A stretch of DNA of 64,000 nucleotides, taken from positions 337,900,001 through 337,964,000 of the forward strand of contig OZ024742.1 of assembly GCA_964016885.1 (NCBI GenBank), read 5' to 3'. Numbering within the stretch: the first letter of the stretch is position 1; each line of letters begins with the position of its first letter. Positions 14,701 through 28,099 of this stretch are shown in pieces. The position numbers were made by a program, and so were the translations under genes. The notes beneath the pieces are model-generated. The model saw nothing but the letters and a program-made list of their open reading frames with translations, searched no databases and was not told the origin of the DNA. The DNA comes from Eledone cirrhosa (taxonomy: Eukaryota).

Positions 14701-17700
14701 TGGTTTCAGTCACGAGACTGATGCCATGCTGGGGCAGCACACTCTTTTATTGGTTTCAGCCATTAGACTGTGGCCATGCTGGGGCAGCACACTCTTTTAT
14801 TGGTTTCATTCATTAGACTGCGGCCATGCTGGGGCAGCATACTCTTTTACTGGTTTCATTCATTAGACTGAGGCCATGCTGGGGCAGCACACTCTTTTAT
14901 TGGTTTCAGCCATTAGACTGTAGCCATGCTGGGGCAGCACACTCTTTTAGTGGTTTCATTCATTAGACTGCGGCCATGCTGGGGCAGCACACTCTTTTAC
15001 TGGTTTCATTCATTAGACTGCGGCCATGCTGGGGCAGCACACTCTTTTACTGGTTTCATTCATTAGACTGCGGCCATGCTGGGGCAGCACACTCTTTTAC
15101 TGGTTTCATTCATTAGACTGCGGCCATGCTGGGGCAGCACACTCTTTTACTGGTTTCATTCATTAGACTGCGGCCATGCTGGGGCAGCACACTCTTTTAC
15201 TGGTTTCATTCATTAGACTGCGGCCATGCTGGGCCAGCACACTCTTTTACTGGTTTCATTCATTAGACTGCGGCCATGCTGGGGCAGCACACTCTTTTAC
15301 TGGTTTCATTCATTAGACTGCGGCCATGCTGGGGCAGCACACTCTTTTACTGGTTTCATTCATTAGACTGCGGCCATGCTGGGGCAGCACACTCTTTTAC
15401 TGGTTTCATTCATTAGACTGTGGCCATCCTGGGGCAGCACACTCTTTTACTAGTTTCATTTATTAGACTGCGGCCATGCTGGGGCAGCACACTCTTTTAC
15501 TGGTTTCATTCATTAGACTGCGGCCATGCTGGGGCAGCACACTCTTTTACTGGTTTCATTCATTACACTGTGGCCATGCTGGGGCAGCACACTCTTTTAC
15601 TGGTTTCATTCATTAGACTGTGGCCATGCTGGGGCAGCACACTCTTTTACTGGTTTCATTCATTCATTAGACTGTGGCCATGCTGGGGCAGCACACTCTT
15701 TTACTGGTTTCATTCATTCATTAGACTGTGGCCATGCTGGGGCAGCACACTCTTTTACTGGTTTCAGCCATTAGACTGTGGCCATGCTGGGGCAGCACAC
15801 TCTTTTACTGGTTTCAGCCATTAGACTGTGGCCATGCTGGGGCAGCACACTCTTTTACTGGTTTCAGCCATTAGACTGTGGCCATGCTGGGGCAGCACAC
15901 TCTTTTACTGGTTTCATTCATTCATTAGACTGTGGCCATGCTGGGGCAGCACACTCTTTTACTGGTTTCAGCCATTAGACTGAGGCCATGCTGGGGCAGC
16001 ACACTCTTTTACTGGTTTCATTCATTAGACTGCGGCCATGCTGGGGCAGCACACTCTTTTACTGGTTTCATTCTTTTGACTGTGGCCATGCTGGGGCAGC
16101 ACACTCTTTTACTGGTTTCATTCATTAGACTGCGGCCATGCTGGGGCAGCACACTCTTTTACTGGTTTCAGCCATTAGACTGTGGCCATGCTGGGGCAGC
16201 ACACTCTTTTATTGGTTTCATTCATTAGACTGAGGCCATGCTGGGGCAGCACACTCTTTTACTGGTTTCATTCATTAGACTGCGGCCATGCTGGGGCAGC
16301 ACACTCTTTTACTGGTTTCAGCCATTAGACTGTGGCCATGCTGGGGCAGCACACTCTTTTATTGGTTTCATTCATTAGACTGAGGCCATGCTGGGGCAGC
16401 ACACTCTTTTATTGGTTTCAGTCACGAGACTGATGCCATGCTGGGGCAGCACACTCTTTTATTGGTTTCAGCCATTAGACTGTGGCCATGCTGGGGCAGC
16501 ACACTCTTTTATTGGTTTCATTCATTAGACTGCGGCCATGCTGGGGCAGCACACTCTTTTACTGGTTTCATTCATTAGACTGCGGCGATGCTGGGGCAGC
16601 ACACTCTTTTACTGGTTTCATTCATTAGACTGCGGCCATGCTGGGGCAGCACACTCTTTTACTGGTTTCATTCTTTTGACTGTGGCCATGCTGGGGCAGC
16701 ACACTCTTTTACTGGTTTCATTCATTAGACTGCGGCCATGCTGGGGCAGCACACTCTTTTACTGGTTTCAGCCATTAGACTGTGGCCATGCTGGGGCAGC
16801 ACACTCTTTTATTGGTTTCATTCTTTAGACTGTGGCCATGCTGGGGCAGCACACTCTTTTACTGGTTTCATTCATTAGACTGCGGCCATGCTGGGGCAGC
16901 ACACTCTTTTACTGGTTTCAGCCATTAGACTGTGGCCATGCTGGGGCAGCACACTCTTTTACTGGTTTCATTCATTAGACTGCGGCCATGCTGGGGCAGC
17001 ACACTCTTTTACTGGTTTCATTCTTTTGACTGTGGCCATGCTGGGGCAGCACACTCTTTTACTGGTTTCATTCATTAGACTGCGGCCATGCTGGGGCAGC
17101 ACACTCTTTTACTGGTTTCAGCCATTAGACTGTGGCCATGCTGGGGCAGCACACTCTTTTACTGGTTTCAGCCATTAGACTGTGGCCATGCTGGGGCAGC
17201 ACACTCTTTTACTGGTTTCATTCATTAGACTGCGGCCATGCTGGGGCAGCACACTCTTTTACTGGTTTCAGCCATTAGACTGTGGCCATGCTGGGGCAGC
17301 ACACTCTTTTACTGGTTTCATTCATTAGACTGCGGCCATGCTGGGGCAGCACACTCTTTTACTGGTTTCAGCCATTAGACTGTGGCCATGCTGGGGCAGC
17401 ACACTCTTTTACTGGTTTCATTCATTAGACTGCGGCCATGCTGGGGCAGCACACTCTTTTACTGGTTTCAGCCATTAGACTGTGGCCATGCTGGGGCAGC
17501 ACACTCTTTTACTGGTTTCATTCATTAGACTGCGGCCATGCTGGGGCAGCACACTCTTTTACTGGTTTCATTCTTTAGACTGTGGCCATGCTGGGGCAGC
17601 ACACTCTTTTACTGGTTTCATTCATTAGACTGCGGCCATGCTGGGGCAGCACACTCTTTTACTGGTTTCAGCCATTAGACTGTGGCCATGCTGGGGCAGC

Positions 17701-19939
17701 ACACTCTTTTATTGGTTTCATTCATTAGACTGAGGCCATGCTGGGGCAGCACACTCTTTTATTGGTTTCAGTCACGAGACTGATGCCATGCTGGGGCAGC
17801 ACACTCTTTTATTGGTTTCAGCCATTAGACTGTGGCCATGCTGGGGCAGCACACTCTTTTATTGGTTTCATTCATTAGACTGCGGCCATGCTGGGGCAGC
17901 ACACTCTTTTACTGGTTTCATTCATTAGACTGAGGCCATGCTGGGGCAGCACACTCTTTTACTGGTTTCATTCATTAGACTGCGGCCATGCTGGGGCAGC
18001 ACACTCTTTTAGTGGTTTCATTCATTAGACTGTGGCCATGCTGGGGCAGCACACTCTTTTACTGGTTTCATTCATTAGACTGCGGCCATGCTGGGGCAGC
18101 ACACTCTTTTATTGGTTTCAGCCATTAGACTGTGGCCATGCTGGGGCAGCACACTCTTTTATTGGTTTCATTCATTAGACTGAGGCCATGCTGGGGCAGC
18201 ACGCTCTTTTACTGGTTTCATTCATTAGACTGCGGCCATGCTGGGGCAGCACACTCTTTTAGTGGTTTCATTCATTAGACTGTGGCCATGCTGGGGCAGC
18301 ACACTCTTTTACTGGTTTCATTCATTAGACTGAGGCCATGCTGGGGCAGCACACTCTTTTACTGGTTTCATTCATTAGACTGCGGCCATGCTGGGGCAGC
18401 ACACTCTTTTATTGGTTTCAGCCATTAGACTGTGGCCATGCTGGGGCAGCACACTCTTTTATTGGTTTCATTCATTAGACTGCGGCCATGCTGGGGCAGC
18501 ACACTCTTTTACTGGTTTCATTCATTAGACTGAGGCCATGCTGGGGCAGCACACTCTTTTAGTGGTTTCATTCATTAGACTGTGGCCATGCTGGGGCAGC
18601 ACACTCTTTTACTGGTTTCATTCATTAGACTGCGGCCATGCTGGGGCAGCACACTCTTTTATTGGTTTCAGCCATTAGACTGTGGCCATGCTGGGGCAGC
18701 ACACTCTTTTATTGGTTTCATTCATTAGACTGAGGCCATGCTGGGGCAGCACACTCTTTTATTGGTTTCAGTCACGAGACTGATGCCATGCTGGGGCAGC
18801 ACACTCTTTTATTGGTTTCATTCATTAGACTGCGGCCATGCTGGGGCAGCACACTCTTTTACTGGTTTCATTCATTAGACTGCGGCCATGCTGGGGCAGC
18901 ACACTCTTTTAGTGGTTTCAGCCATTAGACTGTGGCCATGCTGGGGCAGCACACTCTTTTACTGGTTTCATTCATTAGACTGAGGCCATGCTGGGGCAGC
19001 ACACTCTTTTACTGGTTTCATTCATTAGACTGCGGCCATGCTGGGGCAGCACACTCTTTTATTGGTTTCAGCCATTAGACTGTGGCCATGCTGGGGCAGC
19101 ACACTCTTTTATTGGTTTCATTCATTAGACTGAGGCCATGCTGGGGCAGCACGCTCTTTTACTGGTTTCATTCATTAGACTGCGGCCATGCTGGGGCAGC
19201 ACACTCTTTTACTGGTTTCATTCATTAGACTGAGGCCATGCTGGGGCAGCACACTCTTTTACTGGTTTCATTCATTAGACTGCGGCCATGCTGGGGCAGC
19301 ACACTCTTTTAGTGGTTTCATTCATTAGACTGTGGCCATGCTGGGGCAGCACACTCTTTTACTGGTTTCATTCATTAGACTGCGGCCATGCTGGGGCAGC
19401 ACACTCTTTTATTGGTTTCAGCCATTAGACTGTGGCCATGCTGGGGCAGCACACTCTTTTATTGGTTTAATTCATTAGACTGAGGCCATGCTGGGGCAGC
19501 ACACTCTTTTATTGGTTTCAGTCACGAGACTGATGCCATGCTGGGGCAGCACACTCTTTTATTGGTTTCAGCCATTAGACTGTGGCCATGCTGGGGCAGC
19601 ACACTCTTTTATTGGTTTCATTCATTAGACTGCGGCCATGCTGGGGCAGCACACTCTTTTACTGGTTTCATTCATTAGACTGAGGCCATGCTGGGGCAGC
19701 ACACTCTTTTATTGGTTTCAGCCATTAGACTGTAGCCATGCTGGGGCAGCACACTCTTTTAGTGGTTTCATTCATTAGACTGCGGCCATGCTGGGGCAGC
19801 ACACTCTTTTACTGGTTTCATTCATTAGACTGCGGCCATGCTGGGGCAGCACACTCTTTTAGTGGTTTCATTCATTAGACTGCGGCCATGCTGGGGCAGC
19901 ACACTCTTTTACTGGTTTCATTCATTAGACTGCGGCCAT

Positions 19940-22900
19940 GCTGGGGCAGCACACTCTTTTACTGGTTTCAGTCATTAGACTGCGGCCATGCTGGGGCAGC
20001 ACACTCTTTTACTGGTTTCATTCATTAGACTGAGGCCATGCTGGGGCAGCACACTCTTTTATTGGTTTCAGCCATTAGACTGTAGCCATGCTGGGGCAGC
20101 ACACTCTTTTAGTGGTTTCATTCATTAGACTGCGGCCATGCTGGGGCAGCACACTCTTTTACTGGTTTCATTCATTAGACTGCGGCCATGCTGGGGCAGC
20201 ACACTCTTTTAGTGGTTTCATTCATTAGACTGCGGCCATGCTGGGGCAGCACACTCTTTTACTGGTTTCATTCATTAGACTGCGGCCATGCTGGGGCAGC
20301 ACACTCTTTTACTGGTTTCAGTCATTAGACTGCGGCCATGCTGGGGCAGCACACTCTTTTACTGGTTTCATTCATTAGACTGCGGCCATGCTGGGGCAGC
20401 ACACTCTTTTACTGGTTTCATTCATTAGACTGCGGCCATGCTGGGGCAGCACACTCTTTTAGTGGTTTCATTCATTAGACTGCGGCCATGCTGGGGCAGC
20501 ACACTCTTTTAGTGGTTTCATTCATTAGACTGCGGCCATGCTGGGGCAGCACACTCTTTTAGTGGTTTCATTCATTAGACTGCGGCCATGCTGGGGCAGC
20601 ACACTCTTTTAGTGGTTTCATTCATTAGACTGCGGCCATGCTGGGGCAGCACACTCTTTTACTGGTTTCATTCATTAGACTGCGGCCATGCTGGGGCAGC
20701 ACACTCTTTTACTGGTTTCATTCATTAGACTGCGGCCATGCTGGGGCAGCACACTCTTTTACTGGTTTCAGTCATTAGACTGCGGCCATGCTGGGGCAGC
20801 ACACTCTTTTATTGGTTTCATTCATTAGACTGCGGCCATGCTGGGGCAGCACACTCTTTTACTGGTTTCATTCATTAGACTGAGGCCATGCTGGGGCAGC
20901 ACACTCTTTTATTGGTTTCAGCCATTAGACTGTAGCCATGCTGGGGCAGCACACTCTTTTAGTGGTTTCATTCATTAGACTGCGGCCATGCTGGGGCAGC
21001 ACACTCTTTTACTGGTTTCATTCATTAGACTGCGGCCATGCTGGGGCAGCACACTCTTTTAGTGGTTTCATTCATTAGACTGCGGCCATGCTGGGGCAGC
21101 ACACTCTTTTAGTGGTTTCATTCATTAGACTGCGGCCATGCTGGGGCAGCACACTCTTTTACTGGTTTCATTCATTAGACTGCGGCCATGCTGGGGCAGC
21201 ACACTCTTTTACTGGTTTCATTCATTAGACTGCGGCCATGCTGGGGCAGCACACTCTTTTACTGGTTTCATTCATTAGACTGCGGCCATGCTGGGGCAGC
21301 ACACTCTTTTACTGGTTTCATTCATTAGACTGCGGCCATGCTGGGGCAGCACACTCTTTTAGTGGTTTCATTCATTAGACTGCGGCCATGCTGGGGCAGC
21401 ACACTCTTTTACTGGTTTCATTCATTAGACTGCGGCCATGCTGGGGCAGCACACTCTTTTACTGGTTTCAGTCATTAGACTGCGGCCATGCTGGGGCAGC
21501 ACACTCTTTTACTGGTTTCATTCATTAGACTGTGGCTATGCTGGGGTAGCACACTCTTTTATTGGTTTCATTCATTAGACTGCGGCCATGCTGGGGCAGC
21601 ACACTCTTTTAGTGGTTTCATTCATTAGACTGCGGCCATGCTGGGGCAGCACACTCTTTTAGTGGTTTCATTCATTAGACTGCGGCCATGCTGGGGCAGC
21701 ACACTCTTTTAGTGGTTTCATTCATTAGACTGCGGCCATGCTGGGGCAGCACACTCTTTTACTGGTTTCATTCATTAGACTGCGGCCATGCTGGGGCAGC
21801 ACACTCTTTTACTGGTTTCATTCATTAGACTGCGGCCATGCTGGGGCAGCACACTCTTTTACTGGTTTCAGTCATTAGACTGCGGCCATGCTGGGGCAGC
21901 ACACTCTTTTAGTGGTTTCATTCATTAGACTGGGGCCATGCTGGGGCAGCACACTCTTTTAGTGGTTTCATTCATTAGACTGCGGCCATGCTGGGGCAGC
22001 ACACTCTTTTAGTGGTTTCATTCATTAGACTGCGGCCATGCTGGGGCAGCACACTCTTTTACTGGTTTCATTCATTAGACTGCGGCCATGCTGGGGCAGC
22101 ACACTCTTTTACTGGTTTCAGTCATTAGACTGCGGCCATGCTGGGGCAGCACACTCTTTTACTGGTTTCATTCATTAGACTGTGGCTATGCTGGGGTAGC
22201 ACACTCTTTTATTGGTTTCATTCATTAGACTGCGGCCATGCTGGGGCAGCACACTCTTTTAGTGGTTTCATTCATTAGACTGCGGCCATGCTGGGGCAGC
22301 ACACTCTTTTAGTGGTTTCATTCATTAGACTGCGGCCATGCTGGGGCAGCACACTCTTTTACTGGTTTCATTCATTAGACTGCGGCCATGCTGGGGCAGC
22401 ACACTCTTTTACTGGTTTCAGTCATTAGACTGCGGCCATGCTGGGGCAGCACACTCTTTTACTGGTTTCATTCATTAGACTGCGGCCATGCTGGGGCAGC
22501 ACACTCTTTTACTGGTTTCATTCATTAGACTGCGGCCATGCTGGGGCAGCACACTCTTTTACTGGTTTCAGTCATTAGACTGCGGCCATGCTGGGGCAGC
22601 ACACTCTTTTACTGGTTTCATTCATTAGACTGCGGCCATGCTGGGGCAGCACACTCTTTTACTGGTTTCATTCATTAGACTGCGGCCATGCTGGGGCAGC
22701 ACACTCTTTTACTGGTTTCAGCCATTAGACTGTGGCCATGCTGGGGCAGCACACTCTTTTACTGGTTTCATTCATTAGACTGCGGCCATGCTGGGGCAGC
22801 ACACTCTTTTAGTGGTTTCATTCATTAGACTGCGGCCATGCTGGGGCAGCACACTCTTTTAGTGGTTTCATTCATTAGACTGCGGCCATGCTGGGGCAGC

Positions 22901-25900
22901 ACACTCTTTTAGTGGTTTCATTCATTAGACTGCGGCCATGCTGGGGCAGCACACTCTTTTACTGGTTTCATTCATTAGACTGCGGCCATGCTGGGGCAGC
23001 ACACTCTTTTACTGGTTTCATTCATTAGACTGCGGCCATGTTGGGGCAGCACACTCTTTTACTGGTTTCATTCATTAGACTGTGGCCATGCTGGGGCAGC
23101 ACACTCTTTTACTGGTTTCATTCATTAGACTGCGGCCATGCTGGGGCAGCACACTCTTTAACTGGTTTCAGTCATTAGACTGCGGCCATGCTGGGGCAGC
23201 ACACTCTTTTACTGGTTTCATTCATTAGACTGAGGCCATGCTGGGGCAGCACACTCTTTTATTGGTTTCAGCCATTAGACTGTAGCCATGCTGGGGCAGC
23301 ACACTCTTTTAGTGGTTTCATTCATTAGACTGCGGCCATGCTGGGGCAGCACACTCTTTTACTGGTTTCATTCATTAGACTGCGGCCATGCTGGGGCAGC
23401 ACACTCTTTTAGTGGTTTCATTCATTAGACTGCGGCCATGCTGGGGCAGCACACTCTTTTACTGGTTTCATTCATTAGACTGCGGCCATGCTGGGGCAGC
23501 ACACTCTTTTACTGGTTTCAGTCATTAGACTGCGGCCATGCTGGGGCAGCACACTCTTTTACTGGTTTCATTCATTAGACTGCGGCCATGCTGGGGCAGC
23601 ACACTCTTTTACTGGTTTCATTCATTAGACTGCGGCCATGCTGGGGCAGCACACTCTTTTAGTGGTTTCATTCATTAGACTGCGGCCATGCTGGGGCAGC
23701 ACACTCTTTTAGTGGTTTCATTCATTAGACTGCGGCCATGCTGGGGCAGCACACTCTTTTAGTGGTTTCATTCATTAGACTGCGGCCATGCTGGGGCAGC
23801 ACACTCTTTTAGTGGTTTCATTCATTAGACTGCGGCCATGCTGGGGCAGCACACTCTTTTACTGGTTTCATTCATTAGACTGCGGCCATGCTGGGGCAGC
23901 ACACTCTTTTACTGGTTTCATTCATTAGACTGCGGCCATGCTGGGGCAGCACACTCTTTTACTGGTTTCAGTCATTAGACTGCGGCCATGCTGGGGCAGC
24001 ACACTCTTTTATTGGTTTCATTCATTAGACTGCGGCCATGCTGGGGCAGCACACTCTTTTACTGGTTTCATTCATTAGACTGAGGCCATGCTGGGGCAGC
24101 ACACTCTTTTATTGGTTTCAGCCATTAGACTGTAGCCATGCTGGGGCAGCACACTCTTTTAGTGGTTTCATTCATTAGACTGCGGCCATGCTGGGGCAGC
24201 ACACTCTTTTACTGGTTTCATTCATTAGACTGCGGCCATGCTGGGGCAGCACACTCTTTTAGTGGTTTCATTCATTAGACTGCGGCCATGCTGGGGCAGC
24301 ACACTCTTTTAGTGGTTTCATTCATTAGACTGCGGCCATGCTGGGGCAGCACACTCTTTTACTGGTTTCATTCATTAGACTGCGGCCATGCTGGGGCAGC
24401 ACACTCTTTTACTGGTTTCATTCATTAGACTGCGGCCATGCTGGGGCAGCACACTCTTTTACTGGTTTCATTCATTAGACTGCGGCCATGCTGGGGCAGC
24501 ACACTCTTTTACTGGTTTCATTCATTAGACTGCGGCCATGCTGGGGCAGCACACTCTTTTAGTGGTTTCATTCATTAGACTGCGGCCATGCTGGGGCAGC
24601 ACACTCTTTTACTGGTTTCATTCATTAGACTGCGGCCATGCTGGGGCAGCACACTCTTTTACTGGTTTCAGTCATTAGACTGCGGCCATGCTGGGGCAGC
24701 ACACTCTTTTACTGGTTTCATTCATTAGACTGTGGCTATGCTGGGGTAGCACACTCTTTTATTGGTTTCATTCATTAGACTGCGGCCATGCTGGGGCAGC
24801 ACACTCTTTTAGTGGTTTCATTCATTAGACTGCGGCCATGCTGGGGCAGCACACTCTTTTAGTGGTTTCATTCATTAGACTGCGGCCATGCTGGGGCAGC
24901 ACACTCTTTTAGTGGTTTCATTCATTAGACTGCGGCCATGCTGGGGCAGCACACTCTTTTACTGGTTTCATTCATTAGACTGCGGCCATGCTGGGGCAGC
25001 ACACTCTTTTACTGGTTTCATTCATTAGACTGCGGCCATGCTGGGGCAGCACACTCTTTTACTGGTTTCAGTCATTAGACTGCGGCCATGCTGGGGCAGC
25101 ACACTCTTTTAGTGGTTTCATTCATTAGACTGGGGCCATGCTGGGGCAGCACACTCTTTTAGTGGTTTCATTCATTAGACTGCGGCCATGCTGGGGCAGC
25201 ACACTCTTTTAGTGGTTTCATTCATTAGACTGCGGCCATGCTGGGGCAGCACACTCTTTTACTGGTTTCATTCATTAGACTGCGGCCATGCTGGGGCAGC
25301 ACACTCTTTTACTGGTTTCAGTCATTAGACTGCGGCCATGCTGGGGCAGCACACTCTTTTACTGGTTTCATTCATTAGACTGTGGCTATGCTGGGGTAGC
25401 ACACTCTTTTATTGGTTTCATTCATTAGACTGCGGCCATGCTGGGGCAGCACACTCTTTTAGTGGTTTCATTCATTAGACTGCGGCCATGCTGGGGCAGC
25501 ACACTCTTTTAGTGGTTTCATTCATTAGACTGCGGCCATGCTGGGGCAGCACACTCTTTTACTGGTTTCATTCATTAGACTGCGGCCATGCTGGGGCAGC
25601 ACACTCTTTTACTGGTTTCAGTCATTAGACTGCGGCCATGCTGGGGCAGCACACTCTTTTACTGGTTTCATTCATTAGACTGCGGCCATGCTGGGGCAGC
25701 ACACTCTTTTACTGGTTTCATTCATTAGACTGCGGCCATGCTGGGGCAGCACACTCTTTTACTGGTTTCAGTCATTAGACTGCGGCCATGCTGGGGCAGC
25801 ACACTCTTTTACTGGTTTCATTCATTAGACTGCGGCCATGCTGGGGCAGCACACTCTTTTACTGGTTTCATTCATTAGACTGCGGCCATGCTGGGGCAGC

Positions 25901-26360
25901 ACACTCTTTTACTGGTTTCAGCCATTAGACTGTGGCCATGCTGGGGCAGCACACTCTTTTACTGGTTTCATTCATTAGACTGCGGCCATGCTGGGGCAGC
26001 ACACTCTTTTAGTGGTTTCATTCATTAGACTGCGGCCATGCTGGGGCAGCACACTCTTTTAGTGGTTTCATTCATTAGACTGCGGCCATGCTGGGGCAGC
26101 ACACTCTTTTAGTGGTTTCATTCATTAGACTGCGGCCATGCTGGGGCAGCACACTCTTTTACTGGTTTCATTCATTAGACTGCGGCCATGCTGGGGCAGC
26201 ACACTCTTTTACTGGTTTCATTCATTAGACTGCGGCCATGTTGGGGCAGCACACTCTTTTACTGGTTTCATTCATTAGACTGTGGCCATGCTGGGGCAGC
26301 ACACTCTTTTACTGGTTTCATTCATTAGACTGCGGCCATGCTGGGGCAGCACACTCTTTT
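19940..26360. repeat. 3200-bp (64-monomer) tandem duplication in the G26 (TTTTAGTGG)-rich domain
   Basis: Markers pair at offset 3200: GGCTATGCTGGGGTAGC 21531/24731 and 22181/25381, TGGGGCC 21931/25131, and CATGTTGGGG 23037/26237. Confidence 0.92.
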
Positions 26361-27190
26361 ACTGGTTTCGTTCATTAGACTGAGGCCATGCTGGGGCAGC
26401 ACACTCTTTTACTGGTTTCAGTCATTAGACTGCGGCCATGTTGGGGCAGCACACTCTTTTACTGGTTTCATTCATTAGACTGTGGCCATGCTGGGGCAGC
26501 ACACTCTTTTACTGGTTTCATTCATTAGACTGTGGCCATCCTGGGGCAGCACACTCTTTTACTAGTTTCATTCATTAGACTGCGGCCATGCTGGGGCAGC
26601 ACACTCTTTTACTGGTTTCATTCATTAGACTGCGGCCATGCTGGGGCAGCACACTCTTTTACTGGTTTCATTCATTAGACTGCGGCCATGCTGGGGCAGC
26701 ACACTCTTTTACTGGTTTCATTCATTAGACTGCGGCCATGTTGGGGCAGCACACTCTTTTACTGGTTTCATTCATTAGACTGTGGCCATGCTGGGGCAGC
26801 ACACTCTTTTACTGGTTTCATTCATTAGACTGCGGCCATGCTGGGGCAGCACACTCTTTTACTGGTTTCGTTCATTAGACTGAGGCCATGCTGGGGCAGC
26901 ACACTCTTTTACTGGTTTCAGTCATTAGACTGCGGCCATGTTGGGGCAGCACACTCTTTTACTGGTTTCATTCATTAGACTGTGGCCATGCTGGGGCAGC
27001 ACACTCTTTTACTGGTTTCATTCATTAGACTGTGGCCATCCTGGGGCAGCACACTCTTTTACTAGTTTCATTCATTAGACTGCGGCCATGCTGGGGCAGC
27101 ACACTCTTTTACTGGTTTCATTCATTAGACTGCGGCCATGCTGGGGCAGCACACTCTTTTACTGGTTTCATTCATTAGACTGCGGCCATG
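26200..27190. repeat. 500-bp (10-monomer) tandem duplication
   Basis: TTTCG occurs at 26361/26861 and the CATCCT..ACTAG monomer at 26537/27037. The same pair is seen at 61839/62339. Confidence 0.85.
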
Positions 27191-28099
27191 CTGGGGCAGC
27201 ACACTCTTTTACTGGTTTCATTCATTACACTGTGGCCATGCTGGGGCAGCACACTCTTTTACTGGTTTCATTCATTCATTAGACTGTGGCCATCCTGGGG
27301 CAGCACACTCTTTTACTAGTTTCATTCATTAGACTGCGGCCATGCTGGGGCAGCACACTCTTTTACTGGTTTCATTCATTAGACTGCGGCCATACTGGGG
27401 CAGCACACTCTTTTACTGGTTTCATTCATTAGACTGCGGCCATGCTGGGGCAGCACACTCTTTTACTGGTTTCAGCCATTAGACTGTGGCCATGCTGGGG
27501 CAGCACACTCTTTTACTGGTTTCATTCATTAGAGTGTGGCCATGCTGGGGCAGCACACTCTTTTACTGGTTTCATTCATTAGACTGCGGCCATGCTGGGG
27601 CAGCACACTCTTTTACTGGTTTCAGCCATTAGACTGCGGCCATGCTGGGGCAGCACACTCTTTTACTGGTTTCATTCATTAGACTGCGGCCATGCTGGGG
27701 CAGCACACTCTTTTACTGGTTTCATTCATTAGACTGCGGCCATGCTGGGGCAGCACACTCTTTTATTGGTTTCATTCATTAGACTTCGGCCATGCTGGGG
27801 CAGCACACTCTTTTACTGGTTTCATTCATTAGACTGTGGCCATGCTGGGGCAGCACACTCTTTTACTGGTTTCATTCATTAGACTGTGGCTATGCTGGGG
27901 TAGCACACTCTTTTACTGGTTTCATTCATTAGACTGCGGCCATGCTGGGGCAGCACACTCTTTTATTGGTTTCATTCATTAGACTGCGGCCATGCTGGGG
28001 CAGCACACTCTTTTACTGGTTTCACTCGTTAGACTGTGGCCATGCTGGGGCAGCACACTCTTTTACTGGTTTCAGCCATTAGACTGAGGCCATGCTGGG

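Noticed and set aside
21531-21552. Linked C1T + C11T variant creating a GCTA/TAGC inverted repeat (possible compensatory change)
   Set aside because: The stem is only 4 bp, and each change also occurs alone (e.g. T1 only at ~33995, T11 only at ~47413). Shared descent explains the linkage.
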